Source: Eledone cirrhosa (Eukaryota). Taken from it: a DNA stretch of 64,000 bases. Positions 54,625 through 64,000 of the stretch are shown here, in pieces (position 1 is the stretch's first letter; every line of letters starts with the position of its first letter). The translations under genes and the position numbers were made by a program. Under the pieces are notes generated by a model. The model made no database searches. It had not been told where the DNA came from and worked only from the letters and a program-made list of their open reading frames with translations. The stretch covers positions 239,320,001 through 239,384,000 of the forward strand of contig OZ024742.1 of the NCBI GenBank assembly GCA_964016885.1. Reading direction: 5' to 3'.

Positions 54625-55281
54625 CATATATATTTAAAATGAAGAGTACCAAGGTTTTCAAATTAAATCCATTTTCCATATCAATTATCCTTTCTATACA
54701 TGTGATAAGCTAACATGCATATGCAAACAATGAATCAATCAGAAACAATTAATTAACAATTATTTACAAAATATAAATAAAGAATTAATTTGGAGGTAGC
54801 CTGGCTAGTGACGCCATCACTACAATGGACAACCTCTATATGCTCATATAATCTACAATGCTATGCATTGTAAGTTAGTAGGAACTACCAAAGGGGGTGG
54901 ATGCACATTTAGCAGTGACACATTCTTGCCAAGAGTTGATATTTTTATTTACTTCAACATGGCCTCTGATTTCTTTGATATGAAATTTGAATTTAATATT
55001 ATTTGCTGTCTTATTGAAATATTGATTCTTCATTTGCATGAAGTAAAGTTTATCTTTATCTTTGAATGACATTTTTATGAACTTTTGTTGACTTCTTCTG
55101 ACGATTATAGAATGATATATGTTTACCAGAGATTTCAGGTTGAAATTTCATTCTATTTGAATTTTGCACCGTTAGATTATTCCTCTATATGAAATATGTA
55201 AAGAATAAACAATGGTGATAAGTGTGTTTTGATTCTCCTTCACAATTTTCTGTTTATATATATATCATACACATACACACC

Positions 55282-55312
<31 letters not shown>

Positions 55313-55702
55313 TCATCATCATTTCATTTTACGTCCGCTTTTTCCCTGCTTGCAGGGGTGGGACGGGAACTGATTCTGGCTTGATTTCTACAGCTGGATG
55401 CCCTTCCTAACACCAACCTCATTTACACCAACCTCATTTACAGTGAGTGCTTTTTTGCCATGGCACCTTCCACGACCACTTTACAGTGTGGGCTGGGTGC
55501 TTTTTTGCCATGGCACCTTCACGACCACTTTGCAGTGGAATGATATGGACCCCAGTCCCTATCATCTCATTTCTACAGCTGAGTAAACTGGAGCAATGTG
55601 AAATAAAGTGTCTTGCTCAAGAAAACAACACATCACCCGGTCTGAGAATTGAACTCACAATCTTTCGATTGCAAGGCCAATGCTCTAACCACTAAGCCAT
55701 GT
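55313..55702 (-). mobile_element. tRNA-derived CORE-type SINE with internal duplications
   Basis: Matches the other copies; duplicated acaccaacctcattt and an extra ~48-bp module. Confidence 0.9.
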
Positions 55703-56345
55703 CCGATGAGCTTTTGATTCCAGAGTCAGGCCAAATCAATACAGATCAAACCTTGAGTTGATCAATAGCGGAACGCGCGTTACCAATCAAACGTAATGAA
55801 GGCTTAACAAATCGTCCTTGTATTATTATATTATTATGTGTGTGTATGTATGTATATATATATATAGTTTACTAGCTTGTAACATTACCATTGGTTCACC
55901 AACTTGAGCTCTCAGTGCATAAGTGGGTCAGGTTTAGTATAGTATTTGGTGTTATAACTATAGTCGGTCTCCTTTATAAGCTGAGTGTTAATAATAATGG
56001 GTAGGAATGCGGTGATAAAGTATCATCATTAAGTTTATTCAGGTGTAATGGGTGTTTCATGTTTGATCAGCTCAAAGTATGATCTGTATCGATCAAGCCT
56101 GATTCTAAGATCAATAGCTCATCAGAATTGTAGATTCCTTAATGACAGGAGATACCCATGTATAGTTTTAAGAAATAGTAATTTAAAGCTGTACACGGAT
56201 ATCTCCCATCATTAAGGAATCCATGAAGCTGATGAGCTATTGATTCTAGAGTTAGGTACTATCGATACTGATTGTACCTTCAGCTGATCAATCACGAAAC
56301 GCACGTCACGCCTGAATAAACTTAAGGATGATATTTTGATACTTC
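55703..56345. repeat. Penelope pLTR-like repeats with long-stem-II hammerhead-like motifs; foldback at 56017-56345
   Basis: CCGATGA-gct...agc-GGAAC-gcgc-GT (55703-55781); CTGATGA-gctattgat...atcaatcac-GAAAC-gcac-GTC (56229-56307, +); mirror copy ending 56125 (-). Confidence 0.65.
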
Positions 56346-56354
56346 ATTCTCTTC

Positions 56355-56396
<42 letters not shown>

Positions 56397-56443
56397 GTGT
56401 GTGTGTATGTGTATGTGTGTATAAATATCAAACACTTTTTCAG

Positions 56444-56571
56444 ACCCAGCATCATAAGGAAATGCCTGTTGACTGGCCATCAAAAGAAGAATGTGATATG
56501 TATGTTCAAAAGTTTCACGATCCTCAAAATATGTCTACTGTTTATCTGTCTCCTGAAAACAAGGGATTTGA
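56444..56571 (+). CDS. Host gene internal exon C (TQHHKEMPVDWPSKEECDMYVQKFHDPQNMSTVYLSPENKGF(E))
   Basis: Acceptor cactttttcag|, donor GA|gtgagt; 128 nt, phase 0 in and phase 2 out; split codon GA+A=Glu is completed by exon D. Confidence 0.85.
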
Positions 56572-57095
56572 GTGAGTAAAATGTAACTATTTTATTATTT
56601 TTGTTAACTCCTGTGCCATATCAGAACACAGTAGCAAGAGATACAAATATAGTATAATTAACCAACTAATAACTGATAAGAATATATTACCTTTGAAAAT
56701 GTTTGTAGTGTATGTATGATATTGTTGGTTACTAATGGCATTTAACAGTCTCTAACTGTATATTTTGGAGCACCCTAGTGTGGTAATGCAGTAGTGCTGG
56801 TACCACGATAAAATGTACCATCCATCCTGGTAATGCTGGAGTCGTAATAAAATGCTCCCAATGCATGCTGTAAAGTGGTTAATGTTAAGAAGGGCATCTA
56901 ACCATAGAAACCAAGCCAAAAATGGTGCATAAAAGCACGATTTGGCCACCTGACCAGTCAGGTCTCATAATGGAACAACCCATGTTACCCACGCGAGCAT
57001 GGAATATATATGTTAAATAGAGATGATGATGATATTTATCTAAAGCCCTTCCATCAGAATTTTATGAGAACTTTTGAAGGCCAGATTAATAATGA

Positions 57096-57308
57096 TTTCT
57101 ACTATAGGCACAAGGCCAGCAATTTGGGGAGAGGGGAAAGTCGATTAAATTGATGCCAGTGCATTACTGGTGCTTTATTTTATCGACCCCGTAAGGCTAA
57201 ATAGCAAAGCTAACTTCAGAGGGATTTGAACTCAGAACGTAAAGGGTCATAACTCTACACCATGAAGCATCTTGTCTGATGCTCCACCGATACTGCCAAT
57301 CCACTGCC
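57096..57308 (-). mobile_element. Nin/Deu-type SINE with 13-bp TSD
   Basis: Reverse homolog of 30634-30820; agattaataatga at 57083-57095 and 57309-57321. Confidence 0.8.
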
Positions 57309-57494
57309 AGATTAATAATGAAAATTTTATACTACTAAATTTCTCCAAATTCTTGATTATCTAAAGAATTATTTAAAAATCATAGGCAGTGTTTTTCATT
57401 AGAAATATGGTATCAAAAGGTTTAATAGAGGTTTAGAAAGATTGTTGCTGCCATTAATGTTGTTGATGTGTATTGTTGTCAATAATTTTTCCTG

Positions 57495-57710
57495 CATTTA
57501 CAGAATTGATAGAGTGTTGGATAAAATGCCATTGCAGTTTTTGTTTGGCTTTTTACATTCTGCTTTCAAATCCTGTCAAGGTCAGCTTTGCCTTTCATCC
57601 TTCTGGAGTTGATGAGATAAAGCATCAGTCAAGTACAGGAGGTGTGATTTAATCAACTTTTCTTTTCCCCAAAATTTGCTAGCCTTGTGCCTAAATTAAA
57701 TATCAATATT
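57495..57710 (+). mobile_element. Degenerate Nin/Deu-type SINE
   Basis: ttcaaatcctgtcaaggtcagctttgcctttcatccttctggagttgatgagataaag. Confidence 0.6.
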
Positions 57711-57748
57711 TTAACCTGCATTTATCTGTTTTTATTTCTCCACCTTAG

Positions 57749-57938
57749 AGTGCGTGCTTTACTTTCGGAAGCTCAGAGTCTTTATGATGGAGATGAACAT
57801 CCCTTACCTTGGTATCCACCCATATGTACTCCACTTTTAGACATCACTGATGGAAGTGTTCTTACTTATGATCATATCCGTTCTGTGGCAGACCGAGCTA
57901 ACTTTGCTTTGAAGTTCCCTGAGCCAGCCATGCGACAG
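57749..57938 (+). CDS. Host gene internal exon D (VRALLSEAQSLYDGDEHPLPWYPPICTPLLDITDGSVLTYDHIRSVADRANFALKFPEPAMRQ)
   Basis: Acceptor tttatttctccaccttag|, donor CAG|gtaagt; 190 nt, phase 2 in and phase 0 out; globular-protein-like composition. Confidence 0.88.
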
Positions 57939-58494
57939 GTAAGTTCTCTATCCCACTCTCTCCTATCTCTCTCTCTCACACACACACAGATTTCATGGTC
58001 TTTTTCAGAATTTTAAGCTTTTATTTTACAGTTGTTTCCTAATCTCAGGTCAGTTCTCAGTGATTGCAATCTATCAAATGCTTAGTTGTGTTTCAGATGT
58101 TGTTGTTGTCTGACTGTCAACATCAGCCACCATTTGGGCAAGGACACTCTACTTTGTAGGCAATTGGCCCAGCAAACTAATCTTCTGTGATGCTAGATGT
58201 GAAGGGGACATCAAATGAATGGGCCAGTGAGAGAGTCTCTACATGGTCACCTAATCTGCTAAATAGCAGCCAAAACCTCAACCTACACTTTCAAAAAGTA
58301 GAAAGGATATATTCAATAATTTAGTCTGAGGTAAACTGTATGAAAAGATGAGACTTTATAACTTTGGATCATTGTTCTGCTTGACCAGGTACAGCATCAA
58401 ATCTAATATGTAATGATTGGAGGATTGCGGGAGTATGTCAGGGATATTTTTTCTGAACACATTATTAAAATAAGTTGGATTACATTGAATAAAT

Positions 58495-58675
58495 AATTGT
58501 TTCTACTTTTGGCACAAGGCCAGCAATAACCCAGTATATTACTGGTACTTTATTTGATCGACCCCGTAAGGATGAAAGGCAAAGTTAACCTTGGTGGAAT
58601 TTGAACTCAGACCGTAAAGGGACATAACTATGCTGGAAAGCATGGCGTCCGACTCGCTACAGATACTGCCAATGA
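58495..58675 (-). mobile_element. Nin/Deu-type SINE
   Basis: gaccccgtaaggatgaaaggcaaagttaacc...tttgaactcag. Confidence 0.78.
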
Positions 58676-59957
58676 ATAAATAATGAATAAATATTATGTA
58701 ATTTATCTACTAAATTTCGTAGCTCTTGATTAAACATAAATATTCTTATATATAATGTATTGCTTATTTTAAGATTCTCTTCTTTCTGGTTAGCCAATGC
58801 TATATCACATCGCTTACATAAACGTTCATATATTTGCATGATAACGTTTATATTTCCGTCGCTAATTTTCTCTTTTTTCGTTTTCATAACATTTTGCCAT
58901 AACAGAAGAGAGTGTAACACAGTCTCTCTTCAATTTCTGTGGATATTGTCAATTACAATTTTATTTGACATATCATATGTATGTACATTTGCATATAATA
59001 TCAATATGCACACTACACATGCTAGCAGAAAACCACCTGAAGGGTGGTTTTTCTGCTAGTGAAAGTAATTCAGAAGAAAAGCACAAGAGAAAGTAAAGAT
59101 GTGAAAGTGGAATAAACATAAAGGAAAAAAAAACAACTCTCTAGACTTGTATCATTGGGGTAGTGATGATATATGTTGCTGATATCTATAACATCTATTC
59201 ACACACACACACAGACAGAGTTACTGTAGTTGTAGAAGTAGGAAATATTAGCATGTTTATAAAAGAACGGTAGCTCTGAGGATGTTTAGTTGGGGTAGAG
59301 GGAGAGTTTGATTAAATGAGGCAGCTTAATAACAACCTAAGACTCTCCACCTTGAACTAAAGTCACCAGCATCATTATCATCACCACCACAAAAACCTCC
59401 ACTACCATCACCACCGCTACCACCACCAACAACAACAATAACACCATCATCATTAAAGTGTCCATATTTAAATTAAAATGTTGGTCTAAATCTCATAAAA
59501 TGAATGATATTAAATTTCAGTTAGTCAACATTAAACAATGTATATTAATGTATAAAGTTGCAAATATTTTACTAAACTCCTCCAAAATCTTGATTGTATT
59601 GAAAATTAATTAAAACATATAGTTCTACTTTTTGGAAAAGGTTAACTGAAAAATATTTTATATTTATCTTTTACTTGAACAAAACCCTGAGAGTGAAATT
59701 TGGTAAGGGAAACTACAGATGTTTGTTGAAGGGACTGGACCTGCCTTTTGGTAGAAGACTTTAATCTGTTACCCACAACTACCACCTGGCTCTTGAATGC
59801 TGTTAGAGGAGTTAACTCTGTTGCAAGCATATGAGTCATGTCTTTGAACTAAGAGTTACTGAGGTCCTGTTACTGAGGTCCTGAAAAGGATCATGGGTGT
59901 TTCCTTGCCTTCTTTTTCTGACTAAGCCATGAAGAAAAATCAATGTAGTGGGGGTCT

Positions 59958-61106
59958 CGGGAAGTTTAGCTAAAAATGTAGGTTTTACATGTAGCTGCTG
60001 CACTGGGACAGTAAGCAGCAAACAACCACAGGAAACAAGCGCTATCAAATTCTACGAAGGCTTGGTAGAAACTGTAGACAGCTTCTGTTATCTGGGTGAC
60101 CAAATTAGCAGTGGAGGTGGGTGTTCTGAAAGTACAGTAACCAGAGAGACAACGGGATCTAAGAAGTTCAGAAAGCTACTACCATTGCTAGCTGCAACAA
60201 GCTTTTCCTTCAAAATGAAAGGCAGACTGTATGATGTGTGCATATGGACAGCAATGTTTCATGGTAGTGAGACATGGGCGCTGTGTGCAGAAGACTTGTG
60301 TAGATTGGAAAGAAATGAAGCTTGCATGCTCTGTTGGATGTGTAATAGTAATATACAAGAACAGCAAAGCATAAATGAACTGAGAGAGAAGCTAGGCATA
60401 AGAGGAATCAAATGCTGGGTGCAGGAGAGGAGATTGCATTGGTATGGACATGTGATGCATATGAAGGATGACAGCTGCATAAAAGGTGGAGAGTGCTCAA
60501 AGTCGATGGAAGCCTTGGAGTGGGGAGACCCAGGAAGACTTGGGATGAGGTAATAGAAGCTGACCTTGCACAATTGCACCTCTCAAAGACAGGACTGGGA
60601 TTTCTGGTGTTATGCTGTAATACAGAAGACACGCCTTCCCATGGGCACAGGCTGTAGCTGAAGCATGCATATATATAGTATGCACCACCTCGACTCCACC
60701 CCACCTTCCTATACATCTTTCATGAGGATATGCTGTATCCTACATCCAATGAAGTCTCCGGCCCACACTGTAAAGTGGTCATATATGTGTCACGACAGAA
60801 AGCATCTAGCCTACACTGTAAAGTGGTCATATATGTGTCACAACAAAAAGCACCCAGCCTACACTGTAAAGTGGTTGTGTAAGTATCATGACAGAAAGCA
60901 CCCAGTCTACACTGTAAAGTGGTCATGTAGGAGTCACAACAAAATGCACCCAACACACATTGTAAATGTGGTTGGCATTAGGAAGGGCATCCAGCCATAG
61001 AAACCAAGCTAGAACCAGTTCTGTGTGAGCAAGACACAGTCACCTGACCCAACTTTCCTCAAATGGGACAACCTGTCTAACCCATGCTAGCATGGAAAAA
61101 TGGATG
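59958..61106 (+). mobile_element. RTE family A-related 3' fragment with a 48-bp tandem array (60764-60970)
   Basis: [17 protein letters not shown]...RRLHWYGHV; acactgtaaagtggtc recurs every 48 bp. Confidence 0.88.
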
Positions 61107-61204
61107 TTAAACAGTGATGATGATGACAGTATTGTCAGCTCACCTAAACTGAATGCAATGTGGTTGATATTTTCAATTATGTCTTTGTTATCCTTGAAAA
61201 TTGT

Positions 61205-61345
61205 GAAGGCATGTGGCCTATTGATTAGGGTGTTGGGCTCTTGATTACAAGGTCATAAGTTTGATTTCTGAACAAGGTGGTGTGTCCTTGAGCAAGTTAC
61301 TTCATTTCACATTACTTTTCATGATAGAACTGGGTCCCCTATCAT
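61205..61345 (+). mobile_element. Degenerate CORE-SINE head
   Basis: gtgtccttgagcaagttacttcatttcacatt after decayed A and B boxes. Confidence 0.55.
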
Positions 61346-61513
61346 TAAAACATCTGAGAAAAGTTCTATGAGGTGCAACTAAGCCTGCATAGGTCTTCAT
61401 TTCATGTCCTTGGGGATATCATGGATATATTATCCCCCCCCCCATCCTTGTAACAGTAAACGAATCATTACAACTAAACCCTGTGTTTTTCATTTGTGTA
61501 ATTTCTAAGTATA

Positions 61514-62813
61514 TGAGGTTTGTCCCAAAAGTAAGGATACTGATGTTTTATTTCTATGTAGATTAAACATACATGAAATTACAAGTTGTTTCCTTCAAAA
61601 TATGATTCTTGGAAAGTCACGCAGTGGTTCCAATATTTTTTCCATTGATCTTAGTTGAACCGAAAGTCATTTTCTGTGAGTGTCTTAAACATATCAGTTA
61701 CAATTTTTTTAATGTTTTCTAGTCCCAAAAGGATGATTCTTCAACTTCAATTTCAACTTGGGGAAGACTTAGAAATCACATGGAGCTAGATCTGGGCTGT
61801 AAGGAGAATGTGGAAGTGTGGGAATATTTTTCTTCGCCTGAAATTCTCTAATTGAAAGTGCTGTGGAGTAGGCACTTTTTATTGTGGTGCAGTACCCAGT
61901 CTCCTGCAATATCTTTTTGGACTCACTGGACCTGTTTTCGAAGTTGTTCCAAGATATCTTTGTAGATGTTGCGATTAACTGTCTGTTCTGGAGGTAAAAA
62001 TTCTTTGTAACAAAACAATGGCTGTCAAAAACCATGATAATCATTATTTTTCACCCTAGATCTGCTCATGTGTGCTTTCTTTGCGCAAGGAGAATTTTTC
62101 ATGCGCCACTCCTCACTTAGCTGTTTTGTCTCTGAATCGTATTCATACATCCATTATTCATCTGGTATTACTTTATTCAAGAATTTTGGCTCAACTTTGA
62201 GTCTTTCCAGTAAGTCCTGACAAATTTCCAACCAATTTTCTTTTTGCTCCACAGACAATTGACTGGGCTAATTTTGTAGAAATGTTTCACATGTACAAAT
62301 GGTCTGTTTAAATTCTGTGAACTGCATTTTTATCCAAACCTGTCTTTTCTGCAATTATCCTAACACTTAGTCGGTGATATTTCATCACCACTGCTCGCAC
62401 CACTTCCACATTTTGTTCATTTGTTGACCTTCCAGAACAAGGTTAATCTTCAACATTTTCTTGGCCCTCTTTGAAAACTTTGTGCCACTTAAAAACCTTA
62501 CTTCTCAATAGAGTGGCATTTCCATAAGCTTGTGTTATAGAATTAAATGTTTCGGTGGTAGATTTGCTGAGTTTCACACAAAATTTGACTGCATACTGTT
62601 GTTCAATATTTTCCTGCATCACAAATGTAAGAGATTGTAAACACATCTATACATAAACAGCAATAATTCACAACTGACTCAATCAATCATATTGAAACAA
62701 GTATTTACATGCAGCCAAGGTCATAACCAAAACACTTATATACATCAACGAGGTTCTGCGTTACCATGTTGTACATAGGAAAATCAGTACCATTACTTTT
62801 GGGACAAACCTTA
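61514..62813 (-). mobile_element. Full-length degenerate mariner transposon (~1.3 kb)
   Basis: TIRs tgaggtttgtcccaaaagtaaggatactgat / atcagtaccattacttttgggacaaacctta; EQQYAVKFCVKL HTH and PHSPYSPDLAPCDF. Confidence 0.92.
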
Positions 62814-62868
62814 CAGAGGAAGGCTTTTAGAAAACTGTATTGTTTAGTTTCTTCTGTATTTTTTCTAG

Positions 62869-62946
62869 ATTCTCCTGGACCATGTAAACAATGGAATTGT
62901 CACTAAAGAAGAGGTGGGACAGAGAATCCTTACTGCTTTAAAACAG
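62869..62946 (+). CDS. Host gene internal exon E (ILLDHVNNGIVTKEEVGQRILTALKQ)
   Basis: Acceptor tctgtattttttctag|, donor CAG|gttaat; 78 nt, phase 0/0; reads on from exon D. Confidence 0.82.
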
Positions 62947-64000
62947 GTTAATAAAGTTGCTGCTTTCTTTAAAACAATCATTAAAGAAAAAAATTTCATT
63001 TGCCATCACTGGTATCATAGTTATTATTTGTATAAATTAAATTTTTAGACAGATATGAATGTCCGTTGGTTTTGTTAGAGCACAACTGAAAATTTTGTTT
63101 TCATTTAGTGTATAAGGGAGGGGCACTTGAATACTTTACCTTTATTTTATCCTGACTGGTGAGAGGTTTCAAGATTAAAACTGTAATCTGGCAAATCATT
63201 CCACAATTATAGAGTACTCCAACTGCTTTACATTTACTGCGAGGTGGAGATAAGTTTCTTTATTAGTGACACTGTAGAATACTATTGGTAGCATATAAAC
63301 CATTAACCTATTTACTTGACCAGATTTGACTTTTAAGCCTTAAAATAGGTCAGTTATGCCTTTCAGGTAACTCAAAATAATCTACTTGAATCCTGCTTGA
63401 ACTCTACCAAATATTTTTCCACATAAAAATGTACTACATACACGTACAACCAATGAAGCAGAGTGGTACATATTGAGAGGAACTTTTAATTCAATTACAT
63501 ATACTTACAACCTTAACTTATTAATGATTGAGAGGCTGTATATTTAATGGATTTCCACACACAATGCCTTATACATAGCAATATTTCCAACTCAAACATC
63601 AGCAAATGATACATACAGTAACCACTCTAGTGCTGGTGCCATAAAAAATGCATCCAGAACACTTTGAAAGGTGTTTGGTAACAAGAAGTACATCTCACTG
63701 TAGAAACTATGTAAATAAAAAGGGTTGAGAGGGCTCTCTAGTAGTGTCAAGAGCATGACAACCTCTCTAGTGTTGACAAGCTACATTGTAAATACACTAC
63801 CGCACACAAACATAATTAAAAACAAATCATATTGATAAATGGGGCATGATGTTAGTTACTCTTGTAGATTCAAGTGGTGGGTAAAGATTAGAATAATAAA
63901 GTTAATGAATATGATAGAATTGGTAATGATGATGATGGTGCTGTTAATTTGTGTAATGATTATAATTCTGCAATGTCCAATGAAATAAATATGCTCTTTA

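Noticed and set aside
59022-59059. Hairpin ctagcagaaaaccacc-tgaag-ggtggtttttctgctag as terminator or ribozyme
   Set aside because: Eukaryotic intron with no hammerhead topology; isolated short palindrome with no assignable function

Overview
AT-rich, microsatellite-laden eukaryotic DNA. The repeat repertoire (tRNA-headed CORE-type and Nin/Deu-type SINEs, RTE LINEs with (CAT)n tails, long (TA)n tracts) suggests an octopod cephalopod; this is inference from repeat motifs only. The window lies inside one + strand spliced host gene. I can trace five phase-compatible GT-AG exons (1326-1453, 14995-15084, 56444-56571, 57749-57938, 62869-62946) encoding about 204 aa that I cannot name. The introns (up to ~41 kb) are filled with mobile elements: several RTE-clade LINE families (three with a C4HC3 PHD-like finger inserted inside the RT), at least 8 CORE-SINEs whose tail matches one of those LINEs, Nin-type SINEs, a Penelope-like RT/GIY-YIG element, three mariners (one a ~395-bp-arm foldback), a hAT with perfect TIRs and TSD, a Helitron remnant, and piggyBac- and pogo-like MITEs. 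The most notable unexplained signal is a set of about 8 type I hammerhead-ribozyme-like motifs from several sequence families. Many have long stem II inserts or sit inside fold-back inverted repeats, and several are in the sense orientation of the host pre-mRNA. All structures were read by eye; nothing was folded or searched computationally.
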